This document shows, piece after piece, positions 46,366-56,472 of a stretch of 64,000 nucleotides of DNA. Source of the DNA: Candidatus Omnitrophota bacterium (GTDB taxonomy: Bacteria > Omnitrophota > Gorgyraeia > JAHJTE01); assembly GCA_018830005.1 (NCBI GenBank), contig JAHJTE010000001.1, positions 449,332 through 513,331 of the forward strand, given 5' to 3'. Each line of letters opens with the position of its first letter. Position 1 is the stretch's first letter. A program made the position numbers and the translations under genes. The notes beneath the pieces were generated by a model that had not been told where the DNA came from, did not search any database, and worked only from the letters and a program-made list of their open reading frames with translations.

Positions 46366-47173
46366 TCCATACAGGCCTATTGAGGCAGAAGTCTTCGATA
46401 CAATCACAGAGACGCCTACAATAAAGACGATTAGATTCAAACCAAAAGAAGAGATAACGTTTCAAACAGGACAGTTCATAGAGTTGACTATTCCTGGTGT
46501 TGGAGAGGCCCCTTTTACTCCCTCATCGCGACCTTCTGTTAAAGATATAATGGAAGTTACTGTAATGAAAGTAGGCAAGGTTACTGAGAAGATTCACGAG
46601 TTGAAAGCGGGTGATATTATAGGAGTGAGGGGCCCTTTTGGGAAAGGATATCCTTTAGATGAATTTAGGGGAAAGGAAATCTTGGTTGTAGGCGGAGGTT
46701 GCGGCTTTGCGCCTTTAAGAAGTCTAATGTATTCTCTGTTTGAAAGAAGCGATGACTTTAAGAAATTATTCTTTAGAGGCGGCTGTAAAACATCTAAGGA
46801 GTTGGTATATAGAAGCGAGGCAGATGAGTGGGCCAAGAGAAAAGATTTAGATTTGAAACTTACAGTCGACAAAGGTGATAGTAGCTGGAAGGGACACGTG
46901 GGCCTGGTAACGACTATTTTAGATGATGTAAAGATGAATTATAAGCAAGGCATTGCGATTGTTTGTGGTCCTCCCATAATGATGAAATTTGCAACTATGA
47001 AATTGCTCGAAATGGGATTTGAGGAGAATAATATCTATCTTTCTATGGAAAAAAATATGTCCTGCGGCATTGGAAAATGCGGTCATTGTAGAATAGGCAC
47101 TTATTATGCATGCAAAGATGGGCCGGTCTTTCGTTATGACAAGATAAATAAATTCCATGAAATTTGGGAGTGA
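46358..47173 (+). CDS. AsrB / sulfhydrogenase-gamma / PyrK-like FAD-NAD(P)H oxidoreductase subunit with [2Fe-2S]
   Basis: VGEAPFT, GGGCGFAPLRS, and a C-terminal MSCGIGKCGHCRIGTYYACKDGPVF. Confidence 0.85.
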   Translation: MNNPYRPIEAEVFDTITETPTIKTIRFKPKEEITFQTGQFIELTIPGVGEAPFTPSSRPSVKDIMEVTVMKVGKVTEKIHELKAGDIIGVRGPFGKGYPLDEFRGKEILVVGGGCGFAPLRSLMYSLFERSDDFKKLFFRGGCKTSKELVYRSEADEWAKRKDLDLKLTVDKGDSSWKGHVGLVTTILDDVKMNYKQGIAIVCGPPIMMKFATMKLLEMGFEENNIYLSMEKNMSCGIGKCGHCRIGTYYACKDGPVFRYDKINKFHEIWE

Positions 47174-47174
47174 T

Positions 47175-47732
47175 ATGAGTACGAGTGCAGAAGAAATTCA
47201 TCAGGGAAAATTAAATATCAAGTCGGAAAAGGGTAAGGACAAGAGGCTTTTTATCGATCTTGATATCTGTTCTTCAGGTGAATGTAAGGACTGCGAAATA
47301 AATTGTAGTTATTTTTATCATCCAGATAATAATGGCATTATGTCAGTAGCAGAGCTAGCAACTTATGCTCTTGTCTGCAGAAGATGCGAAGAGCCGCACT
47401 GCGTTAATGCCTGTCCTGTCCAAGCCCTGGAACAGGATAAGGATAAGGATAAGTTTTTGATAAGGCATAATATGCGTTGCATAAGCTGTAAGTCTTGCTC
47501 CCATGCCTGTCCTTACGGCACGATATATCCAGAAAATGTCCCTTTGCTAATTCAGAATTGCGATTTTTGTCTTGATAGAAAAAATAAGCCGGATGAACCG
47601 TTGTGTATAAAGACCTGCCCTTACGGTGCCTTGGCCTTGAAGAAGAGCGATATCAAATTGGATAAGGATACTTTTTTAGTAGGTGATAATCTAATAGTCC
47701 ATTCTACACATTGGGATAGGGAAAAGGCGTGA
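47175..47732 (+). CDS. 4Fe-4S ferredoxin-domain protein (hydrogenase Fe-S subunit)
   Basis: Several CxxCxxCxxxCP-like clusters (CRRCEEPHCVNACP; CISCKSCSHACPYG). Confidence 0.75.
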   Translation: MSTSAEEIHQGKLNIKSEKGKDKRLFIDLDICSSGECKDCEINCSYFYHPDNNGIMSVAELATYALVCRRCEEPHCVNACPVQALEQDKDKDKFLIRHNMRCISCKSCSHACPYGTIYPENVPLLIQNCDFCLDRKNKPDEPLCIKTCPYGALALKKSDIKLDKDTFLVGDNLIVHSTHWDREKA

Positions 47733-48652
47733 TCTATATAATCTATTTTTTATTTTTTGGTTTTCTCTTAACAGCTGTTATCGGACTTCTGGCAAGCTGG
47801 ATAGATAGGAAGGTTACGGCCAGGGTTCAATATCGGGTTGGTCCGCCGATTCTGCAGCCATTGATAGATATCATAAAACTTCTCGGTAAGGAGACGCTTA
47901 TCCCAGGTAGGGCTCATAAGCTAACATTTTTGATGGCACCGGTTATTGGTATCGCGGCTGTTATATTAGTATCGACCTTACTATGGATGAATAATATCAG
48001 TCCTGATAAGGGCTTCCTGGGTGACCTTATAGTAGTATTATATTTATTGGTGATTCCTTCTTTGAGCATTGTTATGGGTGGCTTTGCATCAGGCAATCCG
48101 CTTGCAAGTTTAGGCGCTTCCAGAGAGATGAAGCTTGTATTAGGTTATGAACTTCCATTTTTGCTTGCAGTATTGGTTCCGATTATAAAATCTAATTTTT
48201 CTATTAGACTTGGCGAGATACTAGGTTTTCAGGCAGCTAGTGGTGTTATTATTGGGAGCTTCTCTGGCATCTTGGCCTTTATTGTTATCTTGATGTGTGT
48301 GCAGGCAAAGTTGGCCCTGGTTCCTTTTGATATACCAGAGGCAGAGACAGAAATAATAGGCGGTCCCTTGATAGAATATTCAGGTAGCGCACTTGCTATT
48401 TATAGACTCATGAAGAATATGTTCTTATTTGTATTGCCGTTTTTCTTGATGATATTATTCATGGGCGGGTTTAGATTTGATGGCATACACCTTTTATATG
48501 GTATTTTAAAATATGTTGGCATAGTTGCTCTTATAACAGTTATAAGAAATACTAACCCCCGCGTAAGGATTGATCAGGCGATTAGATTTTTTTGGGGTCC
48601 AATGACTATAATTGCTTTAGTTGCACTTGTCTTGGCATTGTTGGGGAAATAG
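47729..48652 (+). CDS. membrane subunit, NuoH/HycD/MbhM-like
   Basis: 307 aa, 8 transmembrane helices, complex-I subunit-1 family pattern. Confidence 0.8.
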   Translation: MIYIIYFLFFGFLLTAVIGLLASWIDRKVTARVQYRVGPPILQPLIDIIKLLGKETLIPGRAHKLTFLMAPVIGIAAVILVSTLLWMNNISPDKGFLGDLIVVLYLLVIPSLSIVMGGFASGNPLASLGASREMKLVLGYELPFLLAVLVPIIKSNFSIRLGEILGFQAASGVIIGSFSGILAFIVILMCVQAKLALVPFDIPEAETEIIGGPLIEYSGSALAIYRLMKNMFLFVLPFFLMILFMGGFRFDGIHLLYGILKYVGIVALITVIRNTNPRVRIDQAIRFFWGPMTIIALVALVLALLGK

Positions 48653-48656
48653 CAAA

Positions 48657-49079
48657 ATGAGTATGAAATTAAAGGCATTACTGAAATCTCCCTGGGTGTT
48701 TCACCTCTCGACCGGTAGTTGCAACAACTGCGATATCGAGATACTAGACTGTCTTACGCCCAGATTTGATGTGGAAAGATTTGGAATGCTCTTAGCAGGC
48801 AGTATTAGGCATGCTGATGTGCTTTTGGTTACTGGTTCAGGTAACAGAAAATCAATGCAGAGAGTAAAAAAATTGTACGAGCAGGTTCCAAAACCATGCC
48901 TTGTCGTTGCTATAGGAGAGTGTTCTTTGTCTCGAGGTATGTTTATTGACAGTTATAATTGCCCTATGCCTTTGGATAAAATTATACCAGTTGATGTTTA
49001 TATACCAGGCTGTCCTCCTAAACCAGAGGCGATTATTGCAGGTGTAGTAAAATTGATTGAGAAGGTAAAAAAGGGCTAA
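48657..49079 (+). CDS. [NiFe]-hydrogenase small subunit, NuoB/MbhJ-like
   Basis: GSCNNCDIE...GECS...PGCPP Cys motifs of the NuoB/HycG family. Confidence 0.85.
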   Translation: MSMKLKALLKSPWVFHLSTGSCNNCDIEILDCLTPRFDVERFGMLLAGSIRHADVLLVTGSGNRKSMQRVKKLYEQVPKPCLVVAIGECSLSRGMFIDSYNCPMPLDKIIPVDVYIPGCPPKPEAIIAGVVKLIEKVKKG

Positions 49080-49088
49080 AGAGAAAAA

Positions 49089-49562
49089 ATGAAAAGAGAA
49101 GAAGTCTTATCTGATTTAAAAGAAAGATTCAAAAAAGATATAGTTGATTTTTTTGATAAGCATTCCAAAAGGGTTTATATCGAGATTAAGCCTGAATCAT
49201 TGGTTAAGGTAGCCTCCTACATTTTTAAAGACTTAAAGGCGCGCTTTAATATTGCATCTGGACTAGATGCGCGAAATCATATGGAGATTTTATATCACTT
49301 TATATTAGAAGAAATAAATCTACTGATATCTCTAAGAGTAAAACTGGATAAGTCAAAACTGGAAATAGATTCACTCAGCAATGTCTTTGAGGGTGCGAAT
49401 TGGATTGAGAGAGAAATCCATGAACTTCTGGGTATAAATTTTAGGAATCACCCTGATTTGAGAAGACTTCTTTTGTCAGAGGATTGGCCTGAAGGCGTTT
49501 ATCCATTGAGAAGAGATTATAAAGAGTGGGATAAAAAGGCTATCCGGGATAGGGGAGTATAA
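49089..49562 (+). CDS. NuoC/HycE-N/MbhK-like subunit
   Basis: 157 aa matching the 30-kDa subunit family (EREIHELLGINF). Confidence 0.8.
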   Translation: MKREEVLSDLKERFKKDIVDFFDKHSKRVYIEIKPESLVKVASYIFKDLKARFNIASGLDARNHMEILYHFILEEINLLISLRVKLDKSKLEIDSLSNVFEGANWIEREIHELLGINFRNHPDLRRLLLSEDWPEGVYPLRRDYKEWDKKAIRDRGV

Positions 49563-50743
49563 TGGCGCGAACAATAGTTCCAATAGGACCATATCATCCG
49601 CTTCAAGAAGAGCCGGAATTTTTTACCCTGACAGTTGAAGGTGAAAGGGTAGTGGATGTTGATGTGCAGATAGGCTATAACCATAGGGGAATAGAAAAAC
49701 TCTCTGAGAGCAAGACATTTGACCAATCTACTTTTGTCATAGAGAGAATCTGCGGTATATGTTCTACAAGCCATCCATTTGCTTATACAAGGGCAGTAGA
49801 GGATATCATACCTATGGAGGTACCTCCTAGGGCAAAATATATAAGGACAATAATCGCCGAAGGCGAAAGAATACATTCGCATCTGTTATGGCTTGGGCTT
49901 GCCGGTCATTTCTTAGGATATAATACTGTTTATATGTGGGCCTGGAAGTTACGAGAAGAAATCTTAGATGTGATGGAAATATTATCCGGCAACAGAAATA
50001 ACTATGCTATGTTTAAGCCCGGCGGAGTAAGAAGAGATATAAAGCCTGAAGATATTCCGGGCGTCTTAAGCAAGATAGACTCTATTGTTCCTACTTTAAC
50101 AATGCTCAAGAAAGCTGTTATAGATGATCCTGTTCTTCATGCGCGTACCAAGGGAGTCGGGATTCTTACAAAAGAAGAGTCTATAGACTTTTGTGCGCTT
50201 GGGCCTACTGCGAGGGCATCAGGCGTTGGGCGAGACCTGAGAAAAGATTCTCCTTACGGAGCATATGAAGAAGTAGAATGGGACATGATAGTAACCCAGA
50301 ATGGCGATGTGTTTGATAAGGTAGTTGTCAGGATACTGGAGACATTTGAGTCGATAAAGATAATGAAGCACTGCCTATCAAATTTGCCAAAAGGTGAAAT
50401 AGACGCAAATATAAAGAGTATCCCGTCGGGTGAAGGTATTGGTCATATCGAGGCACCAAGGGGTGAATGTTTCCATTATGTAAGAAGCGATGGAACTAAT
50501 AGGCCAGTCCGACATAAAGTACGCGCACCAACCTTTATGAACCTGCCGACATATAAGGCGACTATTGTGGGTGAGACGATTTCTGATGCAACAATAATTT
50601 TAGCTGCTATAGATCCCTGCTATTGTTGTACGGAAAGGATGGCAGTGCGCAATAAGAAGGGTGAGAAGATGTATAACGGTCAGGATCTAGTTAGATTATC
50701 ACAGGATAAGACTAAACAGATTAGAAAGAAGATGGGTGTGTAG
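49562..50743 (+). CDS. group-4 [NiFe]-hydrogenase large subunit (MbhL/EchE-like)
   Basis: N-terminal RICGICSTSH and C-terminal DPCYCCTER Ni-binding motifs are both intact. A roughly 30-aa C-terminal extension is present for endopeptidase processing. Confidence 0.9.
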   Translation: MARTIVPIGPYHPLQEEPEFFTLTVEGERVVDVDVQIGYNHRGIEKLSESKTFDQSTFVIERICGICSTSHPFAYTRAVEDIIPMEVPPRAKYIRTIIAEGERIHSHLLWLGLAGHFLGYNTVYMWAWKLREEILDVMEILSGNRNNYAMFKPGGVRRDIKPEDIPGVLSKIDSIVPTLTMLKKAVIDDPVLHARTKGVGILTKEESIDFCALGPTARASGVGRDLRKDSPYGAYEEVEWDMIVTQNGDVFDKVVVRILETFESIKIMKHCLSNLPKGEIDANIKSIPSGEGIGHIEAPRGECFHYVRSDGTNRPVRHKVRAPTFMNLPTYKATIVGETISDATIILAAIDPCYCCTERMAVRNKKGEKMYNGQDLVRLSQDKTKQIRKKMGV

Positions 50744-52406
50744 GGATATGAATATGAGCGCTGAACTTTTCAGAATGGACAATCTATCCTTTTTCGTAAG
50801 TTTATTTATAGTTTTCTTCTCTTTGCTTACGATTATTTATTCCTTCGGATTCATGAAGGAGAGAAAAGGAAAGCTTAGCTATTACCTATATATACTACTG
50901 ACACTGATATCTTCCTTAGGTGTTGTTGTTTCGAATAATCTTGCATTGCTTGTTGTATTTTGGGGATTTTCCGGATTTCTTCTTTATCTTTTGATAGGTT
51001 TTGGTCAAACAAAGCGCACACCTTCCACTGCTAAAAAATCATTTATAATAATCGGCGCAACAGATGCATTTATGCTTTTGGGCTTGGCCTTTATCTGGCA
51101 TTTAGCAGGCTCGTTTAATATAGACAAGTTAAGCATTCCTCTAGATAATAGGCTTTCAGTTATTGCCTATCTAAGTCTTGCTGTAGGTGCCTTTGCTAAG
51201 GCAGGGGCTATGCCTTTTCATACATGGGTGCCAGACACTGCCGAAGATGCGCCTACCCCTGTTAGTGCGTTTTTACCTGCATCTTTAGATAAACTTCTTG
51301 GTATATATTTCCTGGCGCGAATCTCGCTGGATATCTTTCAGATGAATGCAGCCATGAATATGTTTTTAATGCTGCTGGGGAGTTTTACTATCGTGGCCGC
51401 GGTTATGATGGCACTTATGCAACATGATTTAAAGAGGCTTTTGGGTTATCATGCTGTAAGCCAGGTCGGATACATGGTTTTAGGTATAGGTACAGGCAGC
51501 CTTATTGGTATTGCAGGCGGCCTGTTTCATATGCTAAATAATGCTATATATAAATCCTGTTTATTTTTCTCTGGAGGTATAGTCGAGAAAAAAACACAGA
51601 CAACAGATTTGGAAAAATTAGGCGGCCTTGCCAAAATTATGCCCACTGCGTTTATTACGTTTTTAATAGCCTCATTCGCAATATCAGGTGTGCCGCCATT
51701 TAATGGCTTTGTTTCAAAATGGATGCTCTATCAAGGTATAATCGAGACTGCCCAAAGAGGTGGTTTTGTCTGGATAATATGCCTTATTGCGGCTATGTTC
51801 GGCAGCGCACTTACCTTAGCAAGCTTTATGAAACTAATACACGCTATATTTTTAGGTCAAGTCTCTAAAGAGCTCTCAATTGCAAGCAACAAGCAAAGGG
51901 ACATTGGTATTACTATGTATATTGCGCCTGTTGTACTTGCGGCCTTATGTGTTATCTTTGGCGTATTTGCATATAAGATACCGCTTAATATGTTTATCTT
52001 TCCTAGTTTAGGCCAAGATGTAGGATTTTCTGGGATATGGAATCCTGGTCTGGCTACTATTTTGATACTTCTAGGCATTCTCTTAGGTGTTCTAATTTAT
52101 TTTCTAGGTACGATAAAGACCGCGAGAGAATCTGAGGCCTTTATAGGAGGGGAGATACTAGAAAAACAGCCGGATATGAGGATTTCAGGAACTGAATTCT
52201 ATAATACGATCAAAAACATAGGTCCATTAAAGGTTATCTATAGATTAGCAGATAATAAGGTGTTTGATATTTATTCTGTTGGTGAAAAGATAACCCTAAC
52301 GTTTAATAAGATATTGCGCTATATTCACAATGGCATTCTTTCTTCCTATTTAGCATGGACCCTTTTAGGGATGATTGTTTTGTTCTACGTTTTATTGTTG
52401 AGGTAG
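50736..52406 (+). CDS. Mrp antiporter subunit D-like / NuoL-M-N family membrane subunit (MbhH-like)
   Basis: 556 aa, about 14 transmembrane helices, with the conserved WVPDA.D.PTPVSA motif. Confidence 0.8.
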   Translation: MCRDMNMSAELFRMDNLSFFVSLFIVFFSLLTIIYSFGFMKERKGKLSYYLYILLTLISSLGVVVSNNLALLVVFWGFSGFLLYLLIGFGQTKRTPSTAKKSFIIIGATDAFMLLGLAFIWHLAGSFNIDKLSIPLDNRLSVIAYLSLAVGAFAKAGAMPFHTWVPDTAEDAPTPVSAFLPASLDKLLGIYFLARISLDIFQMNAAMNMFLMLLGSFTIVAAVMMALMQHDLKRLLGYHAVSQVGYMVLGIGTGSLIGIAGGLFHMLNNAIYKSCLFFSGGIVEKKTQTTDLEKLGGLAKIMPTAFITFLIASFAISGVPPFNGFVSKWMLYQGIIETAQRGGFVWIICLIAAMFGSALTLASFMKLIHAIFLGQVSKELSIASNKQRDIGITMYIAPVVLAALCVIFGVFAYKIPLNMFIFPSLGQDVGFSGIWNPGLATILILLGILLGVLIYFLGTIKTARESEAFIGGEILEKQPDMRISGTEFYNTIKNIGPLKVIYRLADNKVFDIYSVGEKITLTFNKILRYIHNGILSSYLAWTLLGMIVLFYVLLLR

Positions 52407-52410
52407 TTAG

Positions 52411-52959
52411 ATGGCAGAGCTGTACTTGTTATTAATATTTATGATTATCGCTGCGATAATCGCCGTTGAAGTAGAGGATCTTCTTTCTTCGGTAATTGCA
52501 GTTGGTGCTGTAGGCTTAGGGCTTTCAATAGTTTTTTTGATACTCAAGGCACCTGATGTAGCCATTACACAGCTTGTTGTTGAGATATTGTGCCTTATTA
52601 TCCTGATAAGGGCGACATTGAAGAGGGATATTCCTTTTTCAACTACAGGCAGGTGGTTTTTTAATACACTTATTACAGTCTGTTTTATTGCAGTATTTCT
52701 GATGTTGGCTCACAAATGCTTAAAGGATATACCAGAATTTGGTTTTCCGATAATGCGGGTTGCAAAAACATATTTGTCACAAGGACTGAATAAGACAGGT
52801 GCCAGTAATCTCGTTGCTTCTGTAATACTTGATTTTAGGGCCTATGATACTTTGGGTGAGGCCACAATATTATTTACAGCTGTAGTGGGTGTTTTGGCGA
52901 TTGTGCGCGGCGTCGGCAGAAAGAAAGAAAAACAAATAATTAGGGAAGAGGATGAGTAG
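52411..52959 (+). CDS. MnhB-domain membrane subunit
   Basis: APDVAITQLVVE MnhB signature. Confidence 0.7.
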   Translation: MAELYLLLIFMIIAAIIAVEVEDLLSSVIAVGAVGLGLSIVFLILKAPDVAITQLVVEILCLIILIRATLKRDIPFSTTGRWFFNTLITVCFIAVFLMLAHKCLKDIPEFGFPIMRVAKTYLSQGLNKTGASNLVASVILDFRAYDTLGEATILFTAVVGVLAIVRGVGRKKEKQIIREEDE

Positions 52960-53407
52960 AGAACACGATAAAGGCATGACTCTGATTGTAAAGACGATTA
53001 CGCGTCTGACAGTAGGACTGATACTCCTTTACGGTATCTATATTATTTCGCATGGCCATGTATCGCCAGGAGGCGGATTTGCCGGAGGCGTTATCGTGGC
53101 ATTGAGCTTTATTCATCTTATGCTTGCTTATGGAAAGGAAGAGGCCTTCAAGCGATTGTCCAAATCAGCTGCCTCAATTTTTGAGAGTACGGGTGCAATA
53201 TTGTTTTTGGCTATTGCTCTACTTGGATTTAGCGGTGGTTACTTTTTCCTAAACTTTTTACCTAAAGGAGAGCCTTTCAGGCTATTTAGCGCTGGCACGA
53301 TTCCTTTAAGCAATATAGCCATAAGCCTAAAAGTAGGTGCAGGTCTTTTTGCAATTTTCGTTGCACTCGTATTGTTAAAATTGGATTCCAAAAAGGATAA
53401 AGAATGA
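52952..53407 (+). CDS. Mrp/Mbh small membrane subunit (MrpB C-terminal-like / MbhE-like)
   Basis: Transmembrane protein (GGGFAGGVIVALSF). Overlapping starts and stops with its neighbours. Confidence 0.6.
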   Translation: MSREHDKGMTLIVKTITRLTVGLILLYGIYIISHGHVSPGGGFAGGVIVALSFIHLMLAYGKEEAFKRLSKSAASIFESTGAILFLAIALLGFSGGYFFLNFLPKGEPFRLFSAGTIPLSNIAISLKVGAGLFAIFVALVLLKLDSKKDKE

Positions 53408-53739
53408 TTTATTTACTCTGTCTTTGTCTATTCTCAGTCGGACTTTATTGCATATTAAGGAAACGCAATATTATTAAGATTATTATTGGCATCGTCATAG
53501 CCGAATATGCAGTAAACCTATTTTTTATATTGATAGCCTTTAGGATGAATGGCCGCGCTCCGCTCTTTTCACCTGATGTGAACATAACAAATATGGTTGA
53601 TCCCTTACCGCAGGCATTGGTGTTGACAGCGATTGTAATTGGACTTGCGACCACTGCATTATTAGTAGCTATTGCTATGAGAATTTATGAGAAATACGGG
53701 ACATTTGATATAACAAAGATAAGGGAGCTTAGGGGATGA
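53404..53739 (+). CDS. MrpC/NuoK-like subunit
   Basis: 111 aa with 3 transmembrane helices. ATGA overlaps on both sides. Confidence 0.75.
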   Translation: MIYLLCLCLFSVGLYCILRKRNIIKIIIGIVIAEYAVNLFFILIAFRMNGRAPLFSPDVNITNMVDPLPQALVLTAIVIGLATTALLVAIAMRIYEKYGTFDITKIRELRG

Positions 53740-55241
53740 TGCAGTTAGAGAGTATAATACCGCTTTTTGTCGCTATTCCATTAGGAGGCGCGTTTCTAAT
53801 CTCGCTTCTCGGCAAAAGAATAAAATGGCTGCCGGATTGTTTTGGTGTAATAACAACGCTCCTTTTGTGTGGTCTGTCTTTGTTTAGCGTGCGCCTTTGT
53901 AGTACATTTGGAATACTTACCTATAATGTTGGTTCTTGGCTGCCGCCTATAGGCATAGGAATGGTTTTAGATGGATTGGCCTCATTTATGCTTGTGACTG
54001 TAAATTTGATTGCATGCTGTGTTACGGTTTATTCAATAAATTACATGGAAAGATTCACCGCTAAATGGAAATTTTATACATTGTTTCTTTTGATGCTAGG
54101 CGGGATGAACGGTGTGATTATAAGCGGAGACATATTTAATCTTTTTGTATTTTTAGAGATTGCCTCTGTGGCAAGCTATGCCTTGGTTGCATTCGGAACA
54201 GAGCGCCATGAACTTGAGGCAGCGTTTAAATATGCTGTTATGGGTACGGTAGCTTCGCTTTTTATTCTTTTGGGTATAGCATTTTTATACAGTTATACTT
54301 CTACACTGAATATGGCGGATATGTCAAGAATCTTGATGCTAAAAGGAACAGGTAATATTACCCTTTTGGTAAGCGTTCTCTTTATTATGGGATTCGGCTT
54401 GAAGGCAGCACTCGTTCCTTTCCATGCCTGGCTGCCAGATGCCCATCCTTCTGCACCCGCACCAATATCTGCTATGCTCTCTGGCGTATTAATAAAATCA
54501 CTTGGCATCTATGCCTTATGTAGAATATTCTACAATGTAATTGGTATAAGCCCTGCCATATCTTCAATATTAATGTTTTTAGGAACACTGTCTATGGTTA
54601 TTGGCGGCTATTTGGCTATTGGCCAATGGGATTTCAAACGACTCCTGGCATATTCATCTATAAGCCAGATAGGCTATATTGTTCTGGGTATTGGCCTGGG
54701 AACGCCATTAGGTATATTGGGTGGATTGTTTCACCTTTTTAACCATTCTATATTTAAGTCACTGCTCTTTTTGAATTCCGGAGCCCTAGAATATTCAACA
54801 GGCACACGCGATTTGCAGAAGATGGGAGGGCTTTCCAAGAGAATGCCTTTTACGAATGCAACGAGTCTCATAGGATCTATGTCCATTGCAGGCGTTCCAC
54901 CTTTTAATGGATTCTGGAGTAAACTACTTATTATAATTGCAGCAGTACAGGCGCAGAGATATGGATATGCATTTTGGGCTGTTTTGGTGAGTATATTGAC
55001 CTTGGCAATGTATACTAAGGTCCTGAAATACGCATTCTTTGGCAAATTAAAGGAAAGATTGAACAGGATAAAAGAGGTACCGTTTTTTATGAAGTTGTCT
55101 ATGGGTGTATTGGCATTTATATGTTTAGCAGGAGGACTCTTGCTTATTTCCGGCGAAGCCGGGTCTTTTCTTACTATGTCAACAGATGTTCTTTTAAATG
55201 GCACTGGATATGCGGCAATGGTTTTAAGGAATATACGATGA
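53736..55241 (+). CDS. Mrp antiporter subunit D / NuoN-like
   Basis: 501 aa with WLPDAHPSAPAPISA. Confidence 0.8.
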   Translation: MMQLESIIPLFVAIPLGGAFLISLLGKRIKWLPDCFGVITTLLLCGLSLFSVRLCSTFGILTYNVGSWLPPIGIGMVLDGLASFMLVTVNLIACCVTVYSINYMERFTAKWKFYTLFLLMLGGMNGVIISGDIFNLFVFLEIASVASYALVAFGTERHELEAAFKYAVMGTVASLFILLGIAFLYSYTSTLNMADMSRILMLKGTGNITLLVSVLFIMGFGLKAALVPFHAWLPDAHPSAPAPISAMLSGVLIKSLGIYALCRIFYNVIGISPAISSILMFLGTLSMVIGGYLAIGQWDFKRLLAYSSISQIGYIVLGIGLGTPLGILGGLFHLFNHSIFKSLLFLNSGALEYSTGTRDLQKMGGLSKRMPFTNATSLIGSMSIAGVPPFNGFWSKLLIIIAAVQAQRYGYAFWAVLVSILTLAMYTKVLKYAFFGKLKERLNRIKEVPFFMKLSMGVLAFICLAGGLLLISGEAGSFLTMSTDVLLNGTGYAAMVLRNIR

Positions 55242-55735
55242 AGAGCAGGATAATTTTATTTATAGTAGCGTTTGTGACTTGGTCCTTTTTGAACTGGGTG
55301 CCAGACTGGCAGCATCTTGTTACAGGCGTTTTTGTTTCCGGCCTTGTGGCTTATCTGACAGGTGATTTATTTATCCAGACGCCGGGAAAATTAAAACATC
55401 GCCTACGTTATTATTACTTTTTCTTTAATTATCTGCCCATATTCTTATGGGAAATAATTAAGGCCAATATAGATGTCGCCTATAGGGTTATACATCCAAA
55501 TCTGCCTATAAATCCTGGGATTGTGAAAGTAAAGACCAGTTTGAAGTCAGATACAGCCTTGACATTTTTGGCTAATTCGATAACGCTTACACCTGGTACT
55601 CTAAGCGTTGATATTGATAGAGATAATGGAATTTTGTATGTGCATTGGATTAACGTAGAGACAGAGGATATCGAATCTGCCACAAAGCGTATTGTGGGAC
55701 GTTTTGAAAAGATGCTGGCGAAAATTTTTGATTAG
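55238..55735 (+). CDS. MrpE-like subunit
   Basis: The start is ATG 55238, within an ATGA overlap with the preceding stop. It matches the MnhE family. Confidence 0.7.
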   Translation: MKSRIILFIVAFVTWSFLNWVPDWQHLVTGVFVSGLVAYLTGDLFIQTPGKLKHRLRYYYFFFNYLPIFLWEIIKANIDVAYRVIHPNLPINPGIVKVKTSLKSDTALTFLANSITLTPGTLSVDIDRDNGILYVHWINVETEDIESATKRIVGRFEKMLAKIFD

Positions 55736-55755
55736 GATAAGATTTTGGAGCAATA

Positions 55756-56142
55756 ATGAAAGATTCTAACAGGTTAAAGATAGTCAAATGGATTATAGGC
55801 GCAATTATCTTGACAGCCATTTTGGTCCTGATAATGATTCGGCCTATGCCCTGTCTTTTTCAAGCCGGGCTTATCTACGTTGAGTTTCTGTGTAGAGCGC
55901 TTTACATAATTATATTGGCCTGTTTCCTATGTCTTTACCGTATCTATCGAGGCCCAACCGGAGCTGACAGGATTGTTGCCATAGATATCTTGGGTATCAT
56001 GATTGTAGGATTCTGTTCATTATTGACTATAGCAACAGGTCGCCTCTGGTATATTGATATTGGTATAGCTTGGGCGCTTCAGAGTTTTATAAGCACGTTA
56101 GCACTTTCCAAATACTTGGAAGGAAGAGGCTTTGATGAATAA
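55756..56142 (+). CDS. MrpF-like subunit
   Basis: Small 3-transmembrane protein. Position in the Mrp gene order. Confidence 0.6.
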   Translation: MKDSNRLKIVKWIIGAIILTAILVLIMIRPMPCLFQAGLIYVEFLCRALYIIILACFLCLYRIYRGPTGADRIVAIDILGIMIVGFCSLLTIATGRLWYIDIGIAWALQSFISTLALSKYLEGRGFDE

Positions 56143-56470
56143 CATAATAGGACTGATATTTATAACGGTTGGTCTAATGTTTGATCTATTGGGATGCCTT
56201 GGGCTTGTACGGCTTCCGGATGTATATAATCGTCTGCAGGCTGCCACAAAATGTGTTACCCTAGGCACCTGTAGTATACTGTTTGGGACATTTCTCATTG
56301 TTGGATTTACTGCTGCAGGAATGAAATCACTTTTATGTATAATATTCCTTATCTTAACCTCTCCTGTGGCAGCGCATGCCATAGCCAGAGGTGCGCATCG
56401 CTCAGGTGTCAAGCTTTGGGATAAGAGCGTTGTTGATAAATACGCCCAAGATAAAGAGGGCGAGGTCTAG
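56132..56470 (+). CDS. MrpG-like subunit
   Basis: RLPDVYNRLQAATKCVTLG MnhG signature. Confidence 0.75.
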   Translation: MMNNIIGLIFITVGLMFDLLGCLGLVRLPDVYNRLQAATKCVTLGTCSILFGTFLIVGFTAAGMKSLLCIIFLILTSPVAAHAIARGAHRSGVKLWDKSVVDKYAQDKEGEV

Positions 56471-56472
56471 AG

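Noticed and set aside
45274-47173. Complete anaerobic sulfite reductase (AsrABC).
   Set aside because: No siroheme-binding AsrC homologue follows. The third gene is a small ferredoxin-like protein, and the module is fused to a hydrogenase operon. An NAD(P)H-binding diaphorase role is more likely.
49562-50743. NuoD (complex I 49-kDa subunit) rather than a hydrogenase large subunit.
   Set aside because: Both Ni-Fe ligating Cys pairs (RICGICSTSH and DPCYCCTER) are intact. A C-terminal extension for HycI processing and hycI/hypA/hypC genes are present.
55121-55237. Upstream start for the MrpE-like gene, overlapping 120 nt of the preceding MrpD-like gene.
   Set aside because: The ATG at 55238 forms a canonical ATGA stop/start overlap, and the protein then begins with a typical hydrophobic MrpE N-terminus. 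The long overlap is unlikely.
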